Below are positions 43,332 to 52,709 of a DNA stretch of 64,000 bases, in pieces. How positions within the stretch are numbered: position 1 is the first letter of the stretch; each line of letters begins with the position of its first letter. The notes below the pieces were generated by a model. The model did no database searches, was not told where the DNA came from, and saw only the letters and a list, made by a program, of their open reading frames with translations. The position numbers were made by a program, and so were the translations under genes. Origin of the DNA: an uncultured Trueperaceae bacterium (GTDB lineage: Bacteria > Deinococcota > Deinococci > Deinococcales > Trueperaceae); assembly GCA_963815215.1 (NCBI GenBank), contig CAWFFU010000003.1, forward strand, positions 32,001-96,000. The letters are read 5' to 3'.

Positions 43332-44036
43332 CTAGCCGTCGCCCTTCGGCCACAGGATGCGGCCGCAACTCGGGCAGCGCACCACGCCGCGATCGCGGCG
43401 TGCCTTCTGGATGACGTGGATCGGGAGCCGCACGCTGCAGCCGCCGCAGCGCTGGTTGTCCACGATCTCCACCAGGCCGAGGCCGCGTCGGGCGCGGCGC
43501 ACCTGCTCGTACTGCTTGAGAAGGCTCCGGTCGAGCGCGTTCGCCAGTGCTTCGCGCTGCGCCTTGAGACTCTCGGTCTTCTCGTCCACCGCGGCGACGC
43601 GCGCTTCCTCGTCGCTGACCATGGTGTCGAGCGTCGGCTGCAGCTCGTCGAGCTCGGCCTGGAGCCCGTCGACCTCCTGCTCCAGGACCTCGAGGTTCTC
43701 CATCAGCGGGAGCACGTCCTCTTCGAGTTCCTGCGCACGCGTCGCGAACTGCAGCTCCTGATTCTGGTACTGCGATGCTTCCTTGGCGCTGCTGGCGCGA
43801 AGGGATGATTCGGACGCGTCCTTGCGCCTCTGCTGCAGGGTCTTGAGGTCGAGCTCGGTGCTCGCGACGCGTTTGCGCAGCTCGTCGCGATCCTGCTGCT
43901 TCCGCTCCAGGCGGCGCACCAGGTCGCGCCGTTTCTCGCGCGTCTCCAGGAGTTCGGGCGGCGTCTGCGCCCGCTCTACCTGGAGCGCGTCGAGCTGCAG
44001 GTCGAACCCCTGGACTTCGCTCAACTTCTCCAACAT
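43332..44036 (-). CDS. Coiled-coil C4-type zinc-ribbon protein (DUF164, CT398/HP0958-like)
   Basis: Long coiled coil; CGGC...CPSCGRIL; SD GGAGG. Confidence 0.9.
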   Translation of the reverse strand: MLEKLSEVQGFDLQLDALQVERAQTPPELLETREKRRDLVRRLERKQQDRDELRKRVASTELDLKTLQQRRKDASESSLRASSAKEASQYQNQELQFATRAQELEEDVLPLMENLEVLEQEVDGLQAELDELQPTLDTMVSDEEARVAAVDEKTESLKAQREALANALDRSLLKQYEQVRRARRGLGLVEIVDNQRCGGCSVRLPIHVIQKARRDRGVVRCPSCGRILWPKGDG

Positions 44037-44052
44037 GCCGCCTCCAGACACT

Positions 44053-44086
44053 AAAAAACTCCGTTCGCCCGGGCCGGAACGGAGTT
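44053..44086 (-). terminator. Intrinsic terminator in the 5' leader of the zinc-ribbon gene (attenuator)
   Basis: AACTCCGTTC-N10-GAACGGAGTT then TTTT on minus strand, just upstream of SD. Confidence 0.75.
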
Positions 44087-44118
44087 CATGAACATGCCTT
44101 CGTGAACCGTCGCTTCAC
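44086..44118 (-). CDS. Putative leader peptide MKRRFTKACS
   Basis: TACACT-N7-GTG leaderless start; stop abuts terminator stem. Confidence 0.5.
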   Translation of the reverse strand: MKRRFTKACS

Positions 44119-44216
44119 AAAATCGAGTGTAGCACGGGCTGTGCCGGCGCGCTGCCGGCCGTGGTCGACCGGTCCGGGGGGCGCGGCCCGCGGTGTGGCT
44201 GTACAATGCCGTCGGC

Positions 44217-44699
44217 ATGATCGAGGACTCCCCAGAGTCGTTCATCCAGCGCTGGCGCGCTTTCGCTGCCGACGTCCAGCTGTTCGCGCGCACCGAGGGG
44301 TCGCCGCTGTTGGAGTGCATGGTGAACGGCGTGATCGTCCAGCTGCTCGATCGGACCGGTCCCTACATCGCCGGCCCGGGCCGCTGCCGCGTCATCCTCA
44401 ACCCCACCGTCGAGCGGCTCACGGGCGTCGAGCAGGAGGCCGAGGGCGCGAGCCTGGAGGTGACGGGGCTGGGCGAGCTGCGTGGAGCCGGTCGCGTGAT
44501 CGGCGGCGAGGGGCGCCTCACGGTCGTCGATTGCGGCGTGCCCCTGGTGGTGTCGGTGATGGACGAAGCGGCGGAACGCTTCGACGAGGGGCGCCTCGTG
44601 CGCTTCGAGGGGGTCCCCCCGGTGCACGGCTTCGTCGTGCTTGAAACGACTCGCTCGCGGCGTGTCGACGCGGGGGAGAGCACTGACGACGCTATGTGA
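44217..44699 (+). CDS. Hypothetical protein
   Basis: TACAAT -10 box upstream of ATG; beta-rich; no motif recognised. Confidence 0.75.
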   Translation: MIEDSPESFIQRWRAFAADVQLFARTEGSPLLECMVNGVIVQLLDRTGPYIAGPGRCRVILNPTVERLTGVEQEAEGASLEVTGLGELRGAGRVIGGEGRLTVVDCGVPLVVSVMDEAAERFDEGRLVRFEGVPPVHGFVVLETTRSRRVDAGESTDDAM

Positions 44700-44754
44700 G
44701 CGCGGCCGTACCGGTAACCGGCCGCCGCGCGCCGGTCTGCTAGAATGACCGGTC

Positions 44755-46170
44755 ATGCCGAAGGTCATCCTCAGCCGCAAGGATCCCGGGCCCCAGGAGG
44801 TCACGCCGGCCGCGATCGCGCGGGTCGAGCCGGGTTCGCCTGCCGACCTCGCGGGCGTGCGCCCCGGCTGGGACCTGTTACGGGTCAACGGCAGCCCCGT
44901 TCCGGACGTGCTGGCGTACCGCCGCGAGCTCGGGCGCGGCGACGCCGTGGTGGAGGTACGCGAGCCGGGCAGCGGGCGCGTGAGCGCGTTCGAGGTGTCC
45001 TGGGAGGAGCCGGGGCTCGAGTTCGATGATGTCATCTTCGACGGCATCCGGCTGTGCGCCAACAAGTGCGACTTCTGCTACATCCATCAGATGCCCAAGG
45101 GCATGCGCAAGAGCCTCTACATCATGGACGACGACTTCCGTACCAGCTTCCTGTACGGTTCCTTCGTGACCCTGACCAACCTCACCGAGAACGATGTGCA
45201 GCGCATCCTCGACGAGCATCTGAGCCCGCTCTACGTGTCGGTGCACAGCGCCGACGAGGCGCTGCGCGACGACCTCATGAAGCCGTGGCCCAACAAGGTG
45301 CCGCTGCCCGAGGCGCTGCGCATCCGTGACATGATGGAGCGCCTGGCGGAGATCGATCTGTACACCCAGATGGTGGTGCTGCCCGGACGCAACGACGGCG
45401 AAGCGCTGTCGTCCACGCTTGCCTACCTCGCGGGCCGACCCAACGTGCAGGCGGTGGCCGCCGTGCCGGTCGGGCTGACGGCGCACCGGGCGCACCTGCC
45501 ACGGCTCGAGCCGCACACCGCCGAGCAGGCGGCGGACGTACTGCGACGGGTGCACGCCTTCCAGCAGCGCATGTTGTCGGAGCGCGGCACGCGCTTCGTG
45601 TTCGCCAGCGACGAGTTCTACCTGCGCGCCGGCGTCCCCCTGCCGAAGACCGCGGACTACGAGGGGTTCCCCATGCTGGAGAACGGCATCGGCATGGTGC
45701 GCGACTTCCTGGACGAGGGTCTGGCGGAGCTTCCCGAGCGTTGCGATCCTCCGCGCCGGGTGTTGCTCGTCACCGGGCGCCTGTTCGCCCCAGTGCTCCG
45801 TGACGCGGTCGCGCCGCTCGCCGCCCTCCCCGGCCTGGATCTCGAGGTGCGTGCGGTGGCCAACCGCACCTTCGGCGAGGTCACGACCGTGGCGGGCCTG
45901 CTCGCCGGGGGCGACCTGCTCGCCGCCGTCGAGCCGGGCGAGGCCGACCTGCTGCTCATCTCGCCGAACATGCTCAAGTACGGCACCGAGACGCTCCTCG
46001 ACGACACCACGCTGAGCGAGCTGCAGGAGCGTCTCGGCGTTCCCGTGCGCACCGGCGGCACCACCCTCGGCCGCCTGGCCCGCGCCGTGCTGCAGGGTTC
46101 GGCGGAGCACGACCTGCCGGCCTTCGGTTTCAGCACCCACGCGGTCAAGGAAGCGTCCAAGCAGCACTGA
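44755..46170 (+). CDS. PDZ + radical-SAM-like DUF512 protein
   Basis: N-terminal PDZ (VEPGSPA), CANKCDFC, DDDFRTSFLYG, ASDEFYL, ENGIG. Confidence 0.88.
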   Translation: MPKVILSRKDPGPQEVTPAAIARVEPGSPADLAGVRPGWDLLRVNGSPVPDVLAYRRELGRGDAVVEVREPGSGRVSAFEVSWEEPGLEFDDVIFDGIRLCANKCDFCYIHQMPKGMRKSLYIMDDDFRTSFLYGSFVTLTNLTENDVQRILDEHLSPLYVSVHSADEALRDDLMKPWPNKVPLPEALRIRDMMERLAEIDLYTQMVVLPGRNDGEALSSTLAYLAGRPNVQAVAAVPVGLTAHRAHLPRLEPHTAEQAADVLRRVHAFQQRMLSERGTRFVFASDEFYLRAGVPLPKTADYEGFPMLENGIGMVRDFLDEGLAELPERCDPPRRVLLVTGRLFAPVLRDAVAPLAALPGLDLEVRAVANRTFGEVTTVAGLLAGGDLLAAVEPGEADLLLISPNMLKYGTETLLDDTTLSELQERLGVPVRTGGTTLGRLARAVLQGSAEHDLPAFGFSTHAVKEASKQH

Positions 46171-46220
46171 GCCTGCGCGCGGCAACGATCGTCGCCGTGC
46201 ACGCGTGGTAGCCTCCGATC

Positions 46221-47093
46221 GTGACCCGCGAGCCTTCCGTAACGCGCTCCCTCGGGCGCTACCTTGCCTTCGTCAAGTTCGAGCACACCCTCTTCGCCTT
46301 GCCCTTCGCCTACGGCAGCATGCTGCTGGCTGCCGGGGGGTGGCCCGGCTGGCGCGTGTTCACGCTCGTCAGCCTGGCGATGGTGGGCGCACGCAGTGCG
46401 GCCATGGCCCTCAACCGCGTCATCGACGCTCGCATCGACGGACAGAACCCGCGCACCAGCGACCGCGAGATCCCTGCAGGCCGGCTCACGCGCACCGACG
46501 GGTTGGCGATGGCCGGGGCGGGGCTGGCGTTGCTGGTGGTGGCCGGGGCGCTGCTCAACCCCCTGACGCTGGTCCTGCTGCCGGTCGCCGTCGTCTTCCT
46601 GACGGTCTACCCCTACCTCAAGCGCTTCACCTGGCTGTGCCACTTCTGGTTGGGCGCCACCATCGGCGCGGCGGCCGCGGGCGGCTGGATCGCGGTGACG
46701 GGCGCCTTCTCGTTCACCGCCGTGGCGCTGTGGGTGGCCGTCGGCGCCTGGATCGCCGGCTTCGACATCATCTACGGGGTGCTCGACCTGTCGTTCGACC
46801 GCCGCGCCGGCCTCCACAGCATCCCGGCGCGCTTCGGGGTGCGGCGGGCGCTGGCGGTATCGGCGGTCGCGCATGCGGTGAGCTTCGCGGCGCTCGCCGC
46901 CGTGCTGCTGTGGATCCACCTCGGCTGGCCGTACAGCGTGGCGCTCGCGGCCACCGCCGCGGTGCTGGTCTACGAGCAGGTGGCCGTGCGCCGACTCGAT
47001 CCCGCGGTGGTGCTGCGGACGTTCAACGCCAATCTCGCCGTGGGCGTGCTGATGCTCCTCGGCATCATGGGCGGCCTGGCACTGCGCGGTTGA
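46221..47093 (+). CDS. UbiA-family prenyltransferase (MqnP-like)
   Basis: KFEHTLFALPFA, NRVIDARID..NPRT, GFDIIY. Confidence 0.9.
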   Translation: MTREPSVTRSLGRYLAFVKFEHTLFALPFAYGSMLLAAGGWPGWRVFTLVSLAMVGARSAAMALNRVIDARIDGQNPRTSDREIPAGRLTRTDGLAMAGAGLALLVVAGALLNPLTLVLLPVAVVFLTVYPYLKRFTWLCHFWLGATIGAAAAGGWIAVTGAFSFTAVALWVAVGAWIAGFDIIYGVLDLSFDRRAGLHSIPARFGVRRALAVSAVAHAVSFAALAAVLLWIHLGWPYSVALAATAAVLVYEQVAVRRLDPAVVLRTFNANLAVGVLMLLGIMGGLALRG

Positions 47094-47163
47094 TCGTCTG
47101 CCCGGCCGCCCGACCGGGTGCCGGGGAACGGTGCTGCTGAGTGAACCTGTTACCGTAGCAGGC

Positions 47164-47808
47164 GTGGCCGAGGTTCCCCTGTTCCCGCTCGAGGTCGTGG
47201 TGTTCCCGGGCATGACCGTGCCGATCCACGTCTTCGAGGAGCGCTACAAGCGGCTCGTGCGGTTCTGCCTGGAGAACGATCGGAAGCGCTTCGTGATGGT
47301 GCTGGTGACACACAACGCGCCGATCCGGGACACGCCGGTCGGGATCGCCGAGATGGGGTCGCTGGTGGACATCCTGAGCGTGCAGGAGAACTCCGATGGC
47401 ACCTTCGATCTGCTGGTGCACGGGCAGGAGCGCTGCGGGGTCGAGGTCGTGCGGCGTGAGGACGTGCGTGAGGACGACGGCGGGCACCGTCCGCTGTTCT
47501 TCGTGGACGACGCCACGGCGACGATCGCGCGGGACGATCCCAACCAGGAACAGGTCGCGGCCTGGGACGCGCTCGATACATTCCGCCAGTACGCCGCGGT
47601 CTTCTTCGCCGACGGGGCGGTGTCGCAGGTGGAGGCCAACGTGCCCGAGGAGCCGCTCTACCAGGCGTCGTTCGTGTGCGCCAACTTGCGTGTGCCGCTG
47701 GCATCGCGCCAGGTGCTGCTCGAGGCCGGTTCGTTGCGCGAGCGGTTCGAGCTCGCTCGCAAGATGATGGCGGAGCAGCTCAGCGCCGCGCCCGAGAGGG
47801 AAGTGTGA
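47164..47808 (+). CDS. Lon peptidase substrate-binding domain protein
   Basis: PLFPL..VVFPG...IHVFEERY. Confidence 0.87.
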   Translation: MAEVPLFPLEVVVFPGMTVPIHVFEERYKRLVRFCLENDRKRFVMVLVTHNAPIRDTPVGIAEMGSLVDILSVQENSDGTFDLLVHGQERCGVEVVRREDVREDDGGHRPLFFVDDATATIARDDPNQEQVAAWDALDTFRQYAAVFFADGAVSQVEANVPEEPLYQASFVCANLRVPLASRQVLLEAGSLRERFELARKMMAEQLSAAPEREV

Positions 47809-48941
47809 GCGTGCGGACGGAGCCCGACGCCGAGGCCTTGCGGTTCCGGTGGCCGGACCTTCCGGTCGTGACCGCGGACCTGCCCGGAACCGGGGGGCGC
47901 ATCCGCAGCCGTCCGGAGGACTTCCGGGTCGAGGAGATCCCCGCCTACCTGCCGCAGGGGAGTGGCTCTCACCTGTTCCTCAGAGTCGAGAAGCGCAACC
48001 TCACCACCCGTGACCTGGTGGCCGCGCTGATCCGGCACGGTTTGCGCGAGAACGAGATCGGCGTGGCCGGGCTGAAGGATAAGAGCGCCGTGACGGTGCA
48101 GTGGATCAGCGTGCCCAAGCGCGGCGAAGGGGCGGTGGCTGCGCTCGAGGCGATGCCGGGGGTCGCGGTGCTGGAGCGCGCTTACCACCGCAACAAGCTC
48201 GGGATCGGGCACCTGCGGGGCAACCGCTTCGACGTGCGAGTGCGCGATCTCGACGACACCGCGGGGGCGGCGGCGCGGGCCCGCGCCGTTCTGGAGGCGC
48301 TGGCCGAGTGGGGGACCCCGAACTACTTCGGTCCGCAGCGGTTCGGCCGTTTCGGCAACAACGCCATCGACGGCATCAAGGTGCTGCACGGCGAGCGCGT
48401 GCCCGGCGGCCATAGGCTGCGCCGCTTCTTCGTGTCGGCGTTGCAGTCGCTGCTGTTCAACGCGCTGTTGGCCGAGCGCATCGACGCCGGACTGTACCGC
48501 CGCGTCGTCACCGGGGACTGGGCCCGTAAGCACGACACCGGCGGGGTGTTCCGGGTCGAGGACGGGGCGCTGGAGTCACCGCGCGCCGACCGTCTCGAGA
48601 TCAGCGCCACGCTGCCGCTGTACGGCCGCCGGGTCCGGCTCTCCGAGGACGAGGCGGGCACCCTAGAGGCACGCGTGCTGGAACGCTACGGGCTGACCTG
48701 GAGCGCCTTCGGCTCCCGTCGAGGCGACCGCCGGTCCAGCCGGCTGGTGCTGGAGGCTCCCGATGTCCGCCAGGAGGACGGGGCGCTCGCCGTCGCCTTC
48801 ACGCTCCCCAAGGGGAGCTACGCCACGGTGGTGCTCCGCGAGCTGATGAAGGTCGACGTGGACGCGCCGCTCGAGCCCACTGCGGGCACCGGGGACCTCG
48901 ACCGCGCCGACGATGACGGCGATGACGATGACGCTGCTTGA
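47805..48941 (+). CDS. truD: tRNA pseudouridine(13) synthase
   Basis: PEDFRVEE, AGLKDK.AVTVQW, GNRF, NYFGPQRFG, LPKGSYAT. Confidence 0.95.
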   Translation: MSVRTEPDAEALRFRWPDLPVVTADLPGTGGRIRSRPEDFRVEEIPAYLPQGSGSHLFLRVEKRNLTTRDLVAALIRHGLRENEIGVAGLKDKSAVTVQWISVPKRGEGAVAALEAMPGVAVLERAYHRNKLGIGHLRGNRFDVRVRDLDDTAGAAARARAVLEALAEWGTPNYFGPQRFGRFGNNAIDGIKVLHGERVPGGHRLRRFFVSALQSLLFNALLAERIDAGLYRRVVTGDWARKHDTGGVFRVEDGALESPRADRLEISATLPLYGRRVRLSEDEAGTLEARVLERYGLTWSAFGSRRGDRRSSRLVLEAPDVRQEDGALAVAFTLPKGSYATVVLRELMKVDVDAPLEPTAGTGDLDRADDDGDDDDAA

Positions 48942-48965
48942 GAACGGACCCGTGCGCGGCGCCGC

Positions 48966-51413
48966 TCAGCCGGCACCGCCGCGGCGGCCGCCACGTCCGC
49001 GCCGACCCGCGCCCCGCTCCGACGGCCGCACCAGGCGCCGCGCCAGCAGCTCCACCAGGAACAGCAGCAGCGCTGCCGCCGCCAGGGGCGGCCACAACGG
49101 AATCCGGCTGCCGCCCACCGCAGGAGCGTAGGGGCCGGGCTCGGTGACGACGGTTCCGCCGGTCCGGCGGGCGATCTCGGCCAGGAGTGCGCTGCCGTTG
49201 CCGTCGGCGAACTCGGGGTCGGGGCCGCCCACGCCCGCCCGCGCGACCACCTTCGAACCCTCGGAGACGACCACGTCTCCGCTGCTACCGGCGGTGTAGG
49301 GCAGACGCGCCTGGTAGCGGCCCGGAGCCACCTGCTCCATGGTCGTGACCCTGCCGTCGAAGCGGGCCGTGAGCGTCTCGTTGTTGACGTACTCCCCGGC
49401 CTTCACCGCGTCGACCACCACCTGCAACGCTCCGCCGTCGCGCTTCGCACGCGCCTGATAGACCAGCGGGCTCGCCTGGAGCCAGCGGGCCAGGGTGGCG
49501 AGATCGCCCGGGAGGCCCGCCCAGGCTCCGAAGGGCCCGGCCCACTGGTTGAGGTCGGTGGTGAGCGCCGCCGTGCGTCCCAGGCCGACATGCCGGATGG
49601 CCAGGATCGGCTCCTGGCGCTTGCCTTCCAGCAGCTCCTGGGCGTCCGGCCTGAGGCTCGTCGCCACGTAGGCGTCGACCTGGGGGAGCACGCTCGGGAA
49701 CTGCAGCAGGGCGTTGGGGCGCGCCTGCGGAACGGTCGGGTCCTCGACCAGCAGCTTGCGGGTGGCGGTCAGCGCTTCACTGGTGAAGATCGACGGAAGG
49801 GTGTTCACGTCGAGCGCCTGGTAGTAGCGGCCTCCGCCGGCCGCGGCGATGGCGGAGAGGCGTTGGAAGTCCGCTGCGTCGCCGATGGCGATGGTGGAGG
49901 TGGTGATGCCGTCGGCACGCGCGCGGGCCGCCAGCGCACCGAAGTCGGTCACCGTCCCGCTGTTGAACGGTCCCTGCCCGTCGTAGAGCTTGCCGTCGGA
50001 GAGGATGATGACGTGTTTGACCGAAGCGCGCGCCTGTCGCAAGGCGTCGAGGGCGTCGGTGTAGGCGGGCCCGAGGACGGTGCCGCCGGCGGTGGTGATG
50101 GCGAGGATGCCCTGCAGCATCTCGCGCTTGCCACGTTCGGTGGCCTTGCGCAGGTGGAAGACCCAGCTCGTGCTGGACGGGTCGCTGAAGGCGATCAGGC
50201 CGATCAGGTCCTCCTGGTAGGCGAGCTCGACCACCTTGACGGCCCCCTGCTTGGCGAGCTCGAGCTTCGAGGGCGAGCCCGCGCTCATCGACTGGGAGTG
50301 GTCGAGGATGATGACCATCGCGACCTGCGGCACGGTGACCTGGGTCCGCACATCGGTGGAGACGGGAAGGACGTCCTCGACCGGGGTGCGGTACCAGCCG
50401 CCGAGCCCGAAGCTGTGGGGGCCGCCGGTCATCCACAGGCCGCCACCGCTCTGCACGTACTGCTTGAGGAGCTCGAGCTGGCCGGGCGTGAACTGCGCGG
50501 CGCTGCCCCGCACCACCACCGCGCCGACGTCCAGCGGCGCTTTGATGTCGGCGACCGTGCCGTCGCGCACGTCGATCCCCTGCGTGACCAGGAGCCGCGA
50601 CAGCGCCGGGTCGCCGATGACCAGAACAGGCGGCTTGGCGCGCACCGCGATGTCGGTGCGCTGCGCGTCATCGGCGGTCGGCTGCGCGAAGTCGGCAGTG
50701 AGCGCGGCATCGACCTCCACCGAGGAGGCGTCGGCGCCCACCTGGAAGCTGAACGGGATGGCGCTGCGGCCCACCGGGACGTCCTTCGTGATCGGGTCGA
50801 GGACACGCCCGTCGACACTCGGCCGCAAGGTCACGGTGCCGGCCCGGTCGCTGTCGACGACGGCCACCACCTGGACCTTCTGGCCGGGCGCCGCCTGTTC
50901 CGGCGCCAGGAGTTGCGACAGTCGCACGTTGGGACGGCGCGGCGCCAGGAGGGTGTCGACGGGGATGTCGGGCAGGGCGTTCAGGGCCTGGCCCCGCGAC
51001 TGGGCGCCATCGCTGACCAGCAGCACGCGGCGCGCGCCGGACGCGGCGGCCACCTGTAGCGCGCGGGCCAGGTCGGTCGAGCCGGTATCGAGGACCGAGG
51101 GGACCTCGGCGTTGAGCGTGGGCACCCGGGCGGTGTCACCCCCCACGTAGAAGACCTCGGGCCGCGCGGCGGCGCCGCGCCGATCGAGCGCCCGGACGGC
51201 CTGCAATGCACCGTTGCCGACGCTGGCGGAGACGTCGACCAGCACCGCGAGTCGACCTCCGGCTCCGGGCAGCGACGGCTGGGCGAGGCCCACCACCAGC
51301 AGCGCCAACCCCAACGCCCGCAACCACCACCAGGGCCGCCGCGGCAGCACGAGCAGCAGCGGCAAAGCCAGCAGCGCCCAGGGGAACCCCAGGTGAACGC
51401 CCGCGGGGAGCAC
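48966..51413 (-). CDS. Membrane-anchored vWA-domain protein with GATase-like domain
   Basis: DVSASV and DHSQSM MIDAS motifs, GGLWMTGGPHSFGLGG, N- and C-terminal TM; TAGCAT-N5-GTG. Confidence 0.85.
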   Translation of the reverse strand: MLPAGVHLGFPWALLALPLLLVLPRRPWWWLRALGLALLVVGLAQPSLPGAGGRLAVLVDVSASVGNGALQAVRALDRRGAAARPEVFYVGGDTARVPTLNAEVPSVLDTGSTDLARALQVAAASGARRVLLVSDGAQSRGQALNALPDIPVDTLLAPRRPNVRLSQLLAPEQAAPGQKVQVVAVVDSDRAGTVTLRPSVDGRVLDPITKDVPVGRSAIPFSFQVGADASSVEVDAALTADFAQPTADDAQRTDIAVRAKPPVLVIGDPALSRLLVTQGIDVRDGTVADIKAPLDVGAVVVRGSAAQFTPGQLELLKQYVQSGGGLWMTGGPHSFGLGGWYRTPVEDVLPVSTDVRTQVTVPQVAMVIILDHSQSMSAGSPSKLELAKQGAVKVVELAYQEDLIGLIAFSDPSSTSWVFHLRKATERGKREMLQGILAITTAGGTVLGPAYTDALDALRQARASVKHVIILSDGKLYDGQGPFNSGTVTDFGALAARARADGITTSTIAIGDAADFQRLSAIAAAGGGRYYQALDVNTLPSIFTSEALTATRKLLVEDPTVPQARPNALLQFPSVLPQVDAYVATSLRPDAQELLEGKRQEPILAIRHVGLGRTAALTTDLNQWAGPFGAWAGLPGDLATLARWLQASPLVYQARAKRDGGALQVVVDAVKAGEYVNNETLTARFDGRVTTMEQVAPGRYQARLPYTAGSSGDVVVSEGSKVVARAGVGGPDPEFADGNGSALLAEIARRTGGTVVTEPGPYAPAVGGSRIPLWPPLAAAALLLFLVELLARRLVRPSERGAGRRGRGGRRGGAG

Positions 51414-51533
51414 GCCCCATGCTAGCAGCCGCGGGCGCCGCTCCCGGGACCGTCGCGACCCCGCGGGCGCAGTTGCGCCAGACGCGAAGTTTTCGCCCTG
51501 GGGACGATGCCATGCCCTGCTATGATTTCGGCG

Positions 51534-52709
51534 ATGACCGCGGCCCGACAACCGTACGTGCTCGTCGCCATGACCACCGAGGAGCGTGGTGAGGGGCTCC
51601 GTGGCGTGGTGACGGAGATGGGGCTGGCGGCGACGATGTTCAACGACGTCGAGGAGCTGCTCTATCACACGCGCGTGTCGGTTCCCACGGCGCTGGTGCT
51701 CGAGCACGGCCTGGCCGCCAAGGTGCCCCAGCTCGATCTGGTGGCGCTGCTGAGGCGGCGCAAGGCGTTGGCCGGTATCCCCTTGATCTACCTCGGTCCT
51801 CCCGATCCGCAGATCCATGCCACCGCCGTGAGTTCGGGTGCCGACGCCTACCTGGCGCTGCCCACCCGGCCCCAGGTGGTGAAGGCGCACCTGGAGCGGC
51901 TGCTCGACCGCTACCAGACGGAACGCACCCTGCGCGACGCGCTCGAGCACTCCCGCAGCTTCGAGCAGGCCTACAAGGAGAGCGAGCGCGTCAAGGACGA
52001 CCTCATCCACATGCTGGTCCACGACCTCAAGAGCCCCATCGCGAGCGTGATGGGCCTGCTCGATCACAGCCTGGAGATGATCAAGGCCGATCCCGGCGAG
52101 ACCGGCATCGAAGAGCTGCTCGGGCTGGCCCGCAGCGAGTCGCAGCATCTGCTGAACCTGGCCGCCAACATCCTGGACGTGCGGCGGATGAAGGAAGGGC
52201 ACATGCCCTTCGAGCCGCAGTCGATCGCGAGCCTCACCGAGCTCGCCAAGGAGTCGCTGGGCGACGTCAGCGGCGGCCCGCGCGATCGCAACTTCGGCTT
52301 CCTGGTTCGCCCCGAAGCGGAGATCCTGGCGGCCGACCCCAAGCTGCTCCGACGGGTGCTGGCCAATCTCATGGCGAACGCCATCAAGCACACGCGGCGC
52401 GGCGGTTACATCGACTTCCGCGCCTGGAAGCAGGACGACGACTTCGTGCTCAGCGTGCGTGACGACGGCGAGGGCATCCCTGAGGCCGACCAGAAGCGCG
52501 TGTTCAACGCCTTCGAGCAGTCCCGGCACACCGTCCACGATCGCTACGACACCGGCATGGGCCTGACCTTCTGCAAGCTCGCCGTCGAGAAGCACGGTGG
52601 GCGCATCTGGGTCGAGTCCAAGGTCGGCCGCGGCAGCACCTTCTTCTTCACCATCCCGGCGAACGTGCCGGCGCGTTCCGACGAGGGCGTCGCCGTCGGT
52701 AGCGTGTGA
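51534..52709 (+). CDS. Cytoplasmic histidine kinase with atypical N-terminal receiver
   Basis: HDLKSP, NLMANAIK, DDGEGI, GMGL, GRGSTF. Confidence 0.92.
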   Translation: MTAARQPYVLVAMTTEERGEGLRGVVTEMGLAATMFNDVEELLYHTRVSVPTALVLEHGLAAKVPQLDLVALLRRRKALAGIPLIYLGPPDPQIHATAVSSGADAYLALPTRPQVVKAHLERLLDRYQTERTLRDALEHSRSFEQAYKESERVKDDLIHMLVHDLKSPIASVMGLLDHSLEMIKADPGETGIEELLGLARSESQHLLNLAANILDVRRMKEGHMPFEPQSIASLTELAKESLGDVSGGPRDRNFGFLVRPEAEILAADPKLLRRVLANLMANAIKHTRRGGYIDFRAWKQDDDFVLSVRDDGEGIPEADQKRVFNAFEQSRHTVHDRYDTGMGLTFCKLAVEKHGGRIWVESKVGRGSTFFFTIPANVPARSDEGVAVGSV

